Shown here: piece after piece, positions 49,738 through 59,866 of the stretch
Position numbering within the stretch: position 1 is the first letter of the stretch
Layout: the number at the start of each line of letters is the position of its first letter
Program-made: the position numbers and the translations under genes
Assembly: GCA_964574765.1 (NCBI GenBank)
Contig: CAZNPC010000004.1
Span: 1-60,197 of the forward strand
Length of the DNA: 60,197 nucleotides
Source: an uncultured Nitrospirales bacterium
Lineage (GTDB): Bacteria > Nitrospirota > Thermodesulfovibrionia > UBA6902 > BMS3Bbin08
Direction: 5' to 3'
The notes under the pieces: generated by a model
Database searches by the model: none
What the model was told of the DNA's origin: nothing
Seen by the model: the letters and a program-made list of their open reading frames with translations, nothing else

Positions 49738-50816
49738 GCCCCTGCCACCTCCTCATACACCTTCAGAGTATTTCTGACAGTGTTTTCCCACGAAAACCTC
49801 TTCACCTTGTCATACCCCTTTGAGATCAGGTCCCTATTTGCTCCATTTTCATTAACAAGGGATAAAATGGAATTGCCAAGACCGTCTGTATCTTCAGGGT
49901 CTGTCAGTATTGCCGAATCCTCATAAAGTTCTTTTAATGAAGAATTATTAGACGTTATCACAGGGCATCCGCATGCCATGGCTTCCAGCGGGGGCATACC
50001 AAACCCCTCATAAAGGGAAGGGAAAACAAAAACAGTCGCATAACTGAGAAAATTGATCACTTCGTTATCATCAGGGCATTCCTTCACCATGACCCTTTCA
50101 TTAAGTCCCAGTTCATTGATCATTGAAAACACTGACTCGGAATCGTACCCTCTTACACCAGCGAGAAGCAGATTGTGAGGGAGCTTCTTTTTGACAGCAT
50201 TAAACCCATTTAACAGATGGTGCACGCCTTTTCTGGGTACGATATTGCCGAGATACATAATATAATCTTCACTGATCAATCTCTGCTCCTGTGTTTTTGA
50301 GAATTTCATCGTGTCAATTCCGTGATAAACTACAAAAATCATATCCTCGGGAATACCGTACCAGTCGGCAATCTCTCTTTTCTGGAACTCACTGACAGTT
50401 ATCACCGCGTCGGTATCTTTTAATATTGTCCGGATTGAATCCATTTTGCTTTTTGTATAATCGCGGTAGAACTGCGGCAGCCGGAATGTCCCAATGTCAT
50501 GCAGAGTGATTATCTTTTTTGCTTTTGAACGGCCCGGCGACATGCCATAGTTCGTAGTGTCATGGAGAATGTCGAATTCACCTGACCTGTAATTTATCAA
50601 TCTGTTTTTGACATATTCGTTTATAAGAGGCAGACTGCCGATGCGGTATGTTTTTTTATCGATGCTCTTATATATAGACTTGTCCGGCAGGTCGGCATAA
50701 AGAAGAGTGACGTCCACGCCAAGGTCGGCAAGTCCGGAGATAAGGCTATAGGAATACCTCCCCTGTCCTGTCTTGCTGTCTACGTCTATAAGGTCTCCGA
50801 GGAACGCTACTTTCAA
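49734..50816 (-). CDS. GT4 glycosyltransferase (MtfB-like)
   Basis: TLHD, PRKG and FPSLYEGFGMPPLEAMACG motifs. Confidence 0.93.
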   Translation of the reverse strand: MKVAFLGDLIDVDSKTGQGRYSYSLISGLADLGVDVTLLYADLPDKSIYKSIDKKTYRIGSLPLINEYVKNRLINYRSGEFDILHDTTNYGMSPGRSKAKKIITLHDIGTFRLPQFYRDYTKSKMDSIRTILKDTDAVITVSEFQKREIADWYGIPEDMIFVVYHGIDTMKFSKTQEQRLISEDYIMYLGNIVPRKGVHHLLNGFNAVKKKLPHNLLLAGVRGYDSESVFSMINELGLNERVMVKECPDDNEVINFLSYATVFVFPSLYEGFGMPPLEAMACGCPVITSNNSSLKELYEDSAILTDPEDTDGLGNSILSLVNENGANRDLISKGYDKVKRFSWENTVRNTLKVYEEVAGA

Positions 50817-50822
50817 AATTCG

Positions 50823-52004
50823 TCAGCCCTCAAGTATGCTTACCAGCTCTCTGTATTTTGATCCTGAATTATGATCCATAAGGGTCCTGCGGCTGTTCCT
50901 GACAAGGTCCTCCTGCCTGTCATGGTCATTAAGCAGGGACTCTACTGCTTCAGCCAGTGAGGCAATATTGTTTTCCGCAACAACTTCAGCAAATTCCTTT
51001 TCCCGGGCATATTCAGCAATAAAACAGTCTGCCGGCGCGTGGACGATTATAGGCCTTCCTGATGCCATGTAATCCATGGTCTTGGACGGAAAAGCAGCTT
51101 TAACTACAATTGAGTCAGCGTTTTCAAAAGAAAGGGGCAGAAAAAGCAGGTCAGCTTTTTTTAGTTCGTATTCCAGTGTCTCATGGTCAACATGCATATT
51201 GGATACATCATCGCCGGCAAGTCCATACCACTTTAATGTCTCCTGATTAATCGGGCTATAGATAACGAGCTGTACGCTTGACTTCGTCAATTCAAGCGCT
51301 TTCTTCAGATTTAACAACGCGTCAAGCTGATACTTTGAAACATTACCTGAGAAAATGATCTTAAAGTCCTTTTTTTTATTATTACCGCCGCCCTGGCTCT
51401 CAATTGACGGGGTATTGTTATATGAATGATGAAGCACCCTGCAGTCTATTCCATATTTTTCCTTATAATGCCTTGCCAGGTGATTGTTCATGGTAATAAC
51501 CCCTGCCGCGTAATTAAACATCCGGGGTTCAAAATATCTCATCAGAGTCCTGTGCATCCGGCTTGAAGCGAATTCTTCAATCGGATCGAACAAATAAAAA
51601 AACAGTTTTATTCTCAGCGCCGCGGCAATGAAAAAAGCAGCTATCATAAAATGACCGTGAGGTATATCAGAAGTTGCCAAAATATAATCCGGCTTCTCTT
51701 TAAAAGCAATGAACATACCTTTAACAGCTGTAAACGGTATGGAAGCTACTTCCAGCATCCTGACGATTCTTCTCAACATACCGTTCTTGCCGGCCGCGTA
51801 GGGCGAAGGCACTGAAACAGTATACCGCCGGGCATCGACTTCATTCCCCTTTTTACAGAATATTTTTGTATGCCGGTCAAGCTTGCGTGTGTAAAGAACC
51901 AGGTCTTCAGTTTTAAATTTCCTCAGAATATTTCCAAGGATTATGGAAGGCCCGTCCAGCATCGGGGGAGCCCAATCTGTAACCAGCAAGACTTTCTTCA
52001 TCAA
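50823..52004 (-). CDS. Glycosyltransferase (GT4-like)
   Basis: FSGN, ADLLFLP and PSKTMDYMASGRPI motifs. Confidence 0.85.
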   Translation of the reverse strand: MMKKVLLVTDWAPPMLDGPSIILGNILRKFKTEDLVLYTRKLDRHTKIFCKKGNEVDARRYTVSVPSPYAAGKNGMLRRIVRMLEVASIPFTAVKGMFIAFKEKPDYILATSDIPHGHFMIAAFFIAAALRIKLFFYLFDPIEEFASSRMHRTLMRYFEPRMFNYAAGVITMNNHLARHYKEKYGIDCRVLHHSYNNTPSIESQGGGNNKKKDFKIIFSGNVSKYQLDALLNLKKALELTKSSVQLVIYSPINQETLKWYGLAGDDVSNMHVDHETLEYELKKADLLFLPLSFENADSIVVKAAFPSKTMDYMASGRPIIVHAPADCFIAEYAREKEFAEVVAENNIASLAEAVESLLNDHDRQEDLVRNSRRTLMDHNSGSKYRELVSILEG

Positions 52005-52119
52005 TGTTCCTAAATTATTTATACCTGGGAAATCAGAAATATTTGCACGACTCTGGAGATTTACTTATCGGAAAACTTTTAAGCCCGGGTTTCAAACGGC
52101 ACAGCATGGACTCATGTAA

Positions 52120-53655
52120 TTACTTGATGACGTTTTTCACAGAAACTTTCCTGAACAGTGAATTGTTAATAATAGACCCAGTCATCGATATTGCCCGCCT
52201 TACAGGCCTGCAGATAAACATTGCCAGCCGGTTATTCCTGATTCCTGGATAAATCTTTGTTACAGCCTTTTCAATTATATTAAATCCGATTCTGGAACAG
52301 AACAATTTATCCAGGACTTTAACGCTAATGCCTGAAAGGAGGGCGGGGAGTTTGAATAGCCGATCGTATAAATTAACCAGACTTCTAAAATTCGCAACAG
52401 AAAAAAGCAGCTGTTTCTGCTGCAGAGACGTGAATTTTATTTTTGTATTTTTAAAGTAGTCTGTAACATCCGTTTGACCGATAAGTCCTTTTGCGTGGCA
52501 GAAATCATACAATCTTGTGTTTTTGTAAGGATAGAATATCGAAACCTGATGGGCGTCTGCTGAAATTTTGGCATTCAATTTTACTGTATCAAGGATTTCA
52601 GCCATATCTTCTTCAGGCAGCCCGATCATATTATAAGAGTAAAGTTTTATCCCGTTCTCCCTGCATAAGGAAAAGGCCCTGATGATTTGCTCTTCCGACA
52701 AGTTTCTATTCAGGATATCATTCCTTATTCTGTCGTTGCCGCATTCAATGCCCATATGCACCCGCCAGCAACCTGCCTCCTTCAGAAGCCCGACTACCTC
52801 TTTATTTATAAGATTTGGACGGATATTACAGGTAAAAGGGAGACCGATTTCCTTTTTATATTCCTGTGCAAACTCCCTGAACCACTTGATTCTCAAAGGT
52901 AGTATGTCATCATCAAAGGCAAAGCTTTCTATGAACGGATAATTGCTGATAATGTGTTTTAATTCACTGATGACGTTCTGCACACTCCTGAATCTCACGT
53001 AATTAGCCGTCTTACCGTATACATTCCATAAAGCCTCGTTACAGCAATAAGAGCATTTATAAGGACACCCTCTGGAAGCCATAACGCTCGCTTCGTTTAA
53101 CTTCTCATGGTAAAGTTGACGGTAATTAAAAATCCCCCTGTCCGGAAATGGCAGGTCATCCAGGGTCTTCAGCGGCAGTCTTACGTTATTCTTATAAATA
53201 TTATTCCTGTTCTTAAACCAAATATTCTGTATTTGCGTCAAATCCTGTCCTCTTTCAATTTTTCCACACAACTCAAGTAAGGCTTCTTCCCCCTCCCCTA
53301 AACAAATAGCGTCTACCCCATCGGTCATAATAGTATCTTCGGGATTCAAGGTGGGATGGACACCACCGCAAATAACCACAGCATCGGGTATCTTTTCTCT
53401 TGTCCAGCCTATCCATTTCTCCACATATGGCCGCATATTTGATGTAAGAGAAAACCCGATAAGCCCGGGATTATCAAACGAGGATATTTTTTCCTGATAT
53501 TCTTCTTTTTGCAAAGACCGGGTCAAGTGCAGTAAATTTACACTGTGGCCCGCCTTTTTTAAAGCCGCGGCCAGGAAGCCAATTCCGTGATAGTAATATC
53601 CGGACCAATTTTTTCCTTCCAATATAATATCCGGGTAGATCAGCAGTACTTTCAT
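52120..53655 (-). CDS. B12-binding-domain radical SAM protein
   Basis: GGVHPT, GEGE, RGCPYKCSYC, DDD and GIECGN motifs. Confidence 0.93.
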   Translation of the reverse strand: MKVLLIYPDIILEGKNWSGYYYHGIGFLAAALKKAGHSVNLLHLTRSLQKEEYQEKISSFDNPGLIGFSLTSNMRPYVEKWIGWTREKIPDAVVICGGVHPTLNPEDTIMTDGVDAICLGEGEEALLELCGKIERGQDLTQIQNIWFKNRNNIYKNNVRLPLKTLDDLPFPDRGIFNYRQLYHEKLNEASVMASRGCPYKCSYCCNEALWNVYGKTANYVRFRSVQNVISELKHIISNYPFIESFAFDDDILPLRIKWFREFAQEYKKEIGLPFTCNIRPNLINKEVVGLLKEAGCWRVHMGIECGNDRIRNDILNRNLSEEQIIRAFSLCRENGIKLYSYNMIGLPEEDMAEILDTVKLNAKISADAHQVSIFYPYKNTRLYDFCHAKGLIGQTDVTDYFKNTKIKFTSLQQKQLLFSVANFRSLVNLYDRLFKLPALLSGISVKVLDKLFCSRIGFNIIEKAVTKIYPGIRNNRLAMFICRPVRRAISMTGSIINNSLFRKVSVKNVIK

Positions 53656-54818
53656 TTCGTTGCCTCCAAAAGCGAATAGTAGATATTTTCCATCTTCTTC
53701 ACCCAGTAATCCTGGCTCCCTTTTTCCTGAATTAGTTCCCAGTTTCTGTCTGAGAATTTACTTCTCATTTCCTCGTTATTCAGCAGTGTTATGACAGATC
53801 CGGCGATTTGCCCGACATTGTCAGGATCAACCAGTATCCCGTTCCATCCGTCAGTTATCCACTCTCTAACAGAGGGGAGGTCGCTTATTACCGGAACGTC
53901 ACCGCATGCCATGGCTTCCTGCAAAGCTACGGGCCCGGAATCATAACTCGATACAGACACCATTAAATCCGAGGCTTTATGATAAAGCGCTACCTTGTCG
54001 TGATCAACCGGTCCGACAAATCTCACAGACTTTTCAACACCCAGCTGACCGGCCATGGACTTAAGTTCGCGAACTCTGTCAGGACTGCCTCCATGCCAGA
54101 TAAAAACGAAAAAGGCATTTTCTGTTTTCTCAAGGATTTCAGGAGCAGCTGCCATGATATTTCTCAGGTTATAGTATGACCCTGTACTGCGAGGGCTGAG
54201 AATAATTTTTGAACCCTGCGGAAGACCCAGGTTATTCCGAACCCTTTCTTTATCCGCGCAGGGATTAAACCGGGCCAGGTCAACCCCCCATCCTCTTGTA
54301 ATATGGGTCTTGTCCGGCTCCGCTCCGTGCTTAACGCACGCGTCTATCAGCACCTGTGATTCACCCGTTATAACATCTGCTTTTCTTATGGCACGCTTTG
54401 TCCTTATTTTTGTAAAAAAATCAATATTACTTTTCTCCCAGAGAACGTCTCCGTTAAGCACAGTCACAACGAACGGATAACCTTTTACATAATAACCGAG
54501 GTACCCGGGATACCATAATGAATGAGAATGAATAATGTCCGGGGATATCTCATTTATAATTTTATTTACGCGGCTGATCCTGTTATGAAGAGAAAACCAC
54601 TTCATATATTTTCCCGGGCCCATGGTCCTGTTTCGTCCATTGCCGGAGACCCTGTTTGATTCACCATCCACTACATACATTCTGATTCCATCGATCTTTT
54701 TCGGTTTATCTGTAATTATGGAAACATCATGCCCTTCACTCAAAAGCCAGAGCATAAGCCTTTCCACGTGGATACTGTGCGCCCAGCCTATATGACAGAT
54801 CTTTAATTTATTTTCCAT
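53652..54818 (-). CDS. GT4 glycosyltransferase
   Basis: IIHSH, WGVD and DSGPVALQEAMACG.VPVISD motifs. Confidence 0.9.
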   Translation of the reverse strand: MENKLKICHIGWAHSIHVERLMLWLLSEGHDVSIITDKPKKIDGIRMYVVDGESNRVSGNGRNRTMGPGKYMKWFSLHNRISRVNKIINEISPDIIHSHSLWYPGYLGYYVKGYPFVVTVLNGDVLWEKSNIDFFTKIRTKRAIRKADVITGESQVLIDACVKHGAEPDKTHITRGWGVDLARFNPCADKERVRNNLGLPQGSKIILSPRSTGSYYNLRNIMAAAPEILEKTENAFFVFIWHGGSPDRVRELKSMAGQLGVEKSVRFVGPVDHDKVALYHKASDLMVSVSSYDSGPVALQEAMACGDVPVISDLPSVREWITDGWNGILVDPDNVGQIAGSVITLLNNEEMRSKFSDRNWELIQEKGSQDYWVKKMENIYYSLLEATK

Positions 54819-54844
54819 GGCAACAGGGATATTAAGAATGAATA

Positions 54845-56035
54845 TCAGTTTTCAATTCTGCAGGCCGCCTTAAGATCGGCAACCCCCTGCTGGGAGGTCA
54901 TTTCTTTGACAGAGAATGTAAAGGCATTGTTTCTGTAATCCAGATAATGCATAGGGCCTCCGTTGCTTGACCCCATTATGTTGTATCCCAGGTTGTACAC
55001 TCCTCTGAGCAGGTTCACATCAAATTCAAACTTTACTTTCACTGTTTTGCCGGCTTCAGGCATGAAAAAACGTCCGGTAAGAAGGTCACTGCTGACGTCA
55101 TATACAACCAGTCCGCTTGAATGTCTTATGAACATGCTGAAGAAAGTGTTATTTACTTTACCGTTGAACTCCGCATTAAAACCGAACACCGCTTTTTCTC
55201 CTGCATCAAAGATCTGTACTTCCTGGCCGGCGCCGTTCGTGAGGACCGTATCGGTCAATTTGACAGAATGAGATGTCCCATCTGCCTCCACGTTTTCTGC
55301 CATTGATTCATAGTACATTCTGATAGCGTTTTCCACGTCCCCGTCATAACCGACCCGGCCCTTATTAATGAAAACAGCTCTTTCGCACAGTTTTCTCACA
55401 GAATCAATATTATGCGACACAAATACAATTGTCTTGTTCCTGTCCCTGTACTCCTTCATCCTTTTAATGCACTTATCCTGAAATATATAATCACCCACGG
55501 AAAGTACTTCATCCACGAGCAGGATATCAGGGTCCAGATGTGAGGATACCGAGAAGCCCAGCCGGGCCAGCATTCCGGATGAATACCTTTTAATGGGTGT
55601 ATCAATAAACTTTTCAAGCCCGGAAAACGCGACTATATCATCGAACCGCTCATTAATTTGATATTTCTTCATACCTATAATCGACCCGTACAGATATATA
55701 TTTTCACGTCCGGTCAGTTCAGTGTGAAACCCGGCAGAAAGTTCGATAAGGGCCCCTATATTCCCGCTTGTAAAGACCGAACCGGAAGACGCCTTTGTGA
55801 CCCTTGCAAGTAATTTCAGGATTGTGCTTTTACCCGCTCCGTTGGCCCCGATAATCCCCACAGCCTCGCTGCGCTTTATGCTGATACTGACATTGTCCAA
55901 AGCATAAAACTGCGATGAAGCGGACTTCCTTTTCCTGAAGAAATTATCCAGGTCTTCCCTGAGAGAACGGTATCCCGTCTGTCCGAGGCGGTAATGTTTT
56001 GAAACATTCTTCAGCTCTATTACTGTATCACTCAT
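54845..56035 (-). CDS. wzt: Polysaccharide ABC exporter ATPase with C-terminal Wzt_C-like domain
   Basis: GANGAGKST, YSSGM.ARLGF, DEVLSVGD and VSH motifs plus a beta-rich C-terminal extension. Confidence 0.93.
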   Translation of the reverse strand: MSDTVIELKNVSKHYRLGQTGYRSLREDLDNFFRKRKSASSQFYALDNVSISIKRSEAVGIIGANGAGKSTILKLLARVTKASSGSVFTSGNIGALIELSAGFHTELTGRENIYLYGSIIGMKKYQINERFDDIVAFSGLEKFIDTPIKRYSSGMLARLGFSVSSHLDPDILLVDEVLSVGDYIFQDKCIKRMKEYRDRNKTIVFVSHNIDSVRKLCERAVFINKGRVGYDGDVENAIRMYYESMAENVEADGTSHSVKLTDTVLTNGAGQEVQIFDAGEKAVFGFNAEFNGKVNNTFFSMFIRHSSGLVVYDVSSDLLTGRFFMPEAGKTVKVKFEFDVNLLRGVYNLGYNIMGSSNGGPMHYLDYRNNAFTFSVKEMTSQQGVADLKAACRIEN

Positions 56036-56827
56036 CTATATCCTGTCGGCAAAGGACATCTCAACTTTTTTGAAATACATATATGCCAATATCAGCATAA
56101 TAACCGTTGTAACCGACGCAATTCCAAATGAATAGAACTCCGGAGGCATCCCTTTTAAAAGCACCCTCCTGTAGCCGTCTATTACCGGCGCCATGGGATT
56201 GAGCATATACAGAGTCCTGAATCTTTCAGGCACCGAGCTGACAGGATAAATTACAGGGCTTATGAACATCCATATCTGAATAAAAAACGGCAGGGCGTAT
56301 TTTACGTCACGATAGTAAACATTGACTGCTGAAGCAAACAATGACAGCGCAAGAGTAAAAAGTACCTGTATAACCAATATCGGGATTATATACAGCACAT
56401 TCAGCGTAATTGATATTTTATAGATAAAGAGAATACCGACAAAAATAACTGCCGCTATAAAAAAATCCACCATGGCCGCAAATATAGAGGCCAGGGGAAA
56501 TATCTCCCGGGGGAAATAGATCTTGGTTAAAAGGTTCGAATTTGTCACAAGGCTCGGTATTGCAAAAGACAGTGCGGTAGCAAAGAATATCCACGGCAGA
56601 AGCGCGGTATAAGAAAACACCGGGTAAGGTATGCCGTCACTCGGAATCTTCGCAAAACGGGAAAATATCAGGGTAAACACTATCATCATCAGGAGAGGCT
56701 GAAGTATTGACCAGAATATACCGAGAACCGATTGTTTATAACGGACCTTTATTTCCCTTATTGTGATGTTTAACAACAATTCCCTGAACTTTAACAGTTC
56801 TCTGATCCCTTCAAACACTTTATTCAA
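56036..56827 (-). CDS. wzm: Polysaccharide ABC exporter permease
   Basis: REIKVRYKQSVLG..W..LQP, KIYFPR, YRDV, SPVIYP and LNPM motifs. Confidence 0.94.
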   Translation of the reverse strand: MNKVFEGIRELLKFRELLLNITIREIKVRYKQSVLGIFWSILQPLLMMIVFTLIFSRFAKIPSDGIPYPVFSYTALLPWIFFATALSFAIPSLVTNSNLLTKIYFPREIFPLASIFAAMVDFFIAAVIFVGILFIYKISITLNVLYIIPILVIQVLFTLALSLFASAVNVYYRDVKYALPFFIQIWMFISPVIYPVSSVPERFRTLYMLNPMAPVIDGYRRVLLKGMPPEFYSFGIASVTTVIMLILAYMYFKKVEMSFADRI

Positions 56828-58491
56828 GCCCTTTCGATATGTTCTTGCTGAAGTTGAACCGTATCCTGTTTCCCGCCCAACGCAGAGTAACTCATTATCA
56901 CGGCAACAATGCTCCAGAACACTACCCCTTTGTCTATATCATTCACATATGTAAATACTACGCCGCTCACCAGATTCAAAAACATAAAGATTACAACAGA
57001 GACCAGTAATGAAAAAACAAACGTTCTGTTATCAACCGCCTTTTTAAACAGACGGTATACCGAGGATATAATGGCGTAGAAGACCGCCAGCAGGGAAAGC
57101 GTACCCAGGACCCCTGTTTCGGCCAGGAAATTGATATACATGTTATGGGCCGATATCATGGGAAGGTAATCATGCTGCCACACTGAAAAATAAAGAGTAC
57201 CGTAGTTTTCGTGTTCCTGTATATACCTGCCTATTCCTATACCGGTAATTGGGCGGTCTTTAAACATTTCCAATCCTGCATTCCAGTCCTCATACCGCTT
57301 CTCCATACTCGGCGCGTAGATTATGTCCTGAAATGATGAAAATTCCTTGTATTTTATTAATAAAGGATCCAGCTTGCCTATATGGAAAGTAAGTAAAACA
57401 GCTGCCAGGGTCAGCAGCAAAACTATATATTTCCTCGCCTCCTTAATTAACAACAGCGCCAGCAGTTCGGCAGCAAGGCATAACTGGGCCATCCTCGAAT
57501 AAGACACAGCAAGTCCTACCACACTAAGTACTATCAACATTGAATACAGCAGTTTTAATTTTTTTTTGCGGGTTATAATCATAAAAGCGAAAATGACGGG
57601 AATAATTATGATCATAACTTCCGCCAGAAGCACCCCGTTGGCAAAGTTCAGGTTAAGAACATATTCGTTATATGCCACCTGTGAACCGTATTTTATAAAA
57701 TAATAAATGGCCATTATCAGATTCAGGAATACGCTGCCTATGAGATAATTTATAAATTTTCGGCCGTCTGCTTCTTTTCTTATGCTGTTTATAACAATAA
57801 AATAAAAGATTAAAGGGTAAATTATTTCAAACAACCACCGTTCCAAACTGTATAAGATGTCCGCTGAAAAAACTGCCGACACAAACGTTGTAAACATAAA
57901 GATCAGAACAAGCGTATTGAATTTTCCCTTATACATCTTTGTTTTATGGATAGCGATACTTGAGATCAGCCAGATGAAAGTAAACAGCAGAATAGCGGCG
58001 ACTTTCATGGTAATCCATCCTGGATCAAAATCAGTCAGTTTCCCTATTTCAAACTCAATGTAGTTAATAAAAGGCAGCAGGATCAGAAGTAGTCCGATTG
58101 CGTCTACCATTTTATTTTTCATCGCCATACTGACGGACATAGAAAACAGGATTAGAGCAGCAACTGTAAATGTCGGGACTATAAAACCAAAGGGATTAGA
58201 CAGTACCAGGAATCCTATAACCAACGCGGACACGGTAACTGCAAATAATATTTTTACGTTCAGATTATGTTGAGAAAATTTGAAGAATGATAAGATATCG
58301 TAGCCCGACTGCTCTCCCATTTTTATGACAACAATAACCGCGGCCACGGCAGCTACGGGAGCAATCCCGAATATCCATCCGCTAACAGTCAAACCGGGAT
58401 TTTCAGAGATGACCCTGCTGGCAAGATACGCCATGGTAATCATCAAAAGAAAAACAATAATGTCTACAGAACTGGCACGCAGAGCCCTCAT
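56824..58491 (-). CDS. O-antigen ligase/polymerase (Wzy_C) family membrane protein
   Basis: Multi-TM; SYSR, R...W..G..MF.DRPITGIG.G and AHNMYINFLAETG motifs. Confidence 0.85.
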   Translation of the reverse strand: MRALRASSVDIIVFLLMITMAYLASRVISENPGLTVSGWIFGIAPVAAVAAVIVVIKMGEQSGYDILSFFKFSQHNLNVKILFAVTVSALVIGFLVLSNPFGFIVPTFTVAALILFSMSVSMAMKNKMVDAIGLLLILLPFINYIEFEIGKLTDFDPGWITMKVAAILLFTFIWLISSIAIHKTKMYKGKFNTLVLIFMFTTFVSAVFSADILYSLERWLFEIIYPLIFYFIVINSIRKEADGRKFINYLIGSVFLNLIMAIYYFIKYGSQVAYNEYVLNLNFANGVLLAEVMIIIIPVIFAFMIITRKKKLKLLYSMLIVLSVVGLAVSYSRMAQLCLAAELLALLLIKEARKYIVLLLTLAAVLLTFHIGKLDPLLIKYKEFSSFQDIIYAPSMEKRYEDWNAGLEMFKDRPITGIGIGRYIQEHENYGTLYFSVWQHDYLPMISAHNMYINFLAETGVLGTLSLLAVFYAIISSVYRLFKKAVDNRTFVFSLLVSVVIFMFLNLVSGVVFTYVNDIDKGVVFWSIVAVIMSYSALGGKQDTVQLQQEHIERA

Positions 58492-59583
58492 TTAACCCGT
58501 CCCCATGAGAATTTTTACAACAGCGGATGAAACATTCGTCCTGCAATATTCTTCCGGTATTTTCCAGTCAGTGGTTTCCGAGACAGCAGTATTAACACAG
58601 TTCAAAACCCGGTCAGGCATGATCCCGCTGATCATATTACTCCCGGCCTCAACCGTCTCAGGTCTCTCAGTTACGTCCCTGATCGTCACGTTCGGCACCC
58701 TGAAGATACAGCATTCTTCCTGCACCGTACCGCTGTCCGTGATCACGCAGAATGCCTTCTGCTCCAGGGCGATGAAATCAAAAAATCCAAGCGGAGATAG
58801 AAAGCGTATGTTCCTGTCTTTCAATGTCAGCCTGTATTTCTTCATTCTGTTCCTTGTCCTTGGATGGATACTGCATATGACCGGCATCTTATATTTATTC
58901 CGGACTCTTTTGAGCCCGGTCAGAATGGCGGACAAACGGTCCCTGATATCCACATTCTCTTCCCTGTGCATCGTGACCAGGAAATACCCCCGCGTCTCTA
59001 TCTTAAGCCTCTCATGAATACTACTCTCCTCAATATCGCCTTTATACGCGTTAATGACTTCATTAATGGGATTTCCTACGACAAAGATCCTGTTTATATC
59101 AATACCCTCCCTGAGCAGATTTTCTTTGCTGTTATGTGTATAAGGCATGAGAACACTGCTGGAATGGTCAATTATCCTCCGGTTTACCTCTTCCGGCACC
59201 CTGCTGTCAAAACAACGGTTCCCTGCCTCCATATGGTAGACACTTATGCCCATACGTTTTGCCACAATACTGACCAGTCCGCTGTTAGTATCACCGAGGA
59301 TCAGTACCTTATCGGGACGCATCTTATTTATGACCTTTTCCGTCTCTATGAGTATCTTGCCGATCTGTTCACCGAATGTACTGCTTTTCACATCAAGACA
59401 GAAATCAGGCAAGCGAACTCCGAGCTCACTGAAAATATTCCTATTAAGTGAATCATCATAATTCTGTCCCGTGTGAACAAGGATATGCCCGCAGCACTCA
59501 TCCAGCTTCCTGATAATACGAGAAAGACGAATTATTTCCGGCCGCGTGCCGATGACAGTCATTATTTTCAATCTGTTTGCCAT
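58492..59583 (-). CDS. UDP-N-acetylglucosamine 2-epimerase family (WecB/FnlC-like)
   Basis: GTRPEIIRLS, HTGQNYD, GDTNS, HMEAGNR, HREEN and TDSGTVQEE motifs. Confidence 0.93.
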   Translation of the reverse strand: MANRLKIMTVIGTRPEIIRLSRIIRKLDECCGHILVHTGQNYDDSLNRNIFSELGVRLPDFCLDVKSSTFGEQIGKILIETEKVINKMRPDKVLILGDTNSGLVSIVAKRMGISVYHMEAGNRCFDSRVPEEVNRRIIDHSSSVLMPYTHNSKENLLREGIDINRIFVVGNPINEVINAYKGDIEESSIHERLKIETRGYFLVTMHREENVDIRDRLSAILTGLKRVRNKYKMPVICSIHPRTRNRMKKYRLTLKDRNIRFLSPLGFFDFIALEQKAFCVITDSGTVQEECCIFRVPNVTIRDVTERPETVEAGSNMISGIMPDRVLNCVNTAVSETTDWKIPEEYCRTNVSSAVVKILMGTG

Positions 59584-59844
59584 TGTTTATTTATGCTTCC
59601 TTTTTGGTATTGCTCTTATAAATAGAGGTTGTCTAACAAGTCATGAAAAACTGCCTCAACCGTTCTATAATCGACAAATCATTAATATTTTGTTTTAGCT
59701 TTTTATGTAAAGCGTTATTTGGTCAATTCCTCAGCGTTTATTTTCTAAAGGTGTCGGATAGAACTGTTTCACCAGCTTTACATGCCTTGTTTGTGAGGAG
59801 TTTCAGTCCGAACTCTAAACTGAAAGCTTAAACAAAATGTAAAT

Positions 59845-59866
59845 ACCTGCCTGCCGGTAGGCAGGT
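59845..59866. repeat. GC palindrome ACCTGCCTGCCGGTAGGCAGGT
   Basis: Near-perfect inverted repeat; same family as 5221-5242. Confidence 0.8.

Noticed and set aside
873-59461. Numerous antisense and overlapping ORFs in the track (e.g. 873-1436, 31570-32376, 58864-59451)
   Set aside because: They lie opposite or within well-supported genes and show no recognisable motifs.
59643-59831. 62-aa ORF on the + strand
   Set aside because: No RBS or motif; it is antisense to the operon in a repeat-rich spacer.
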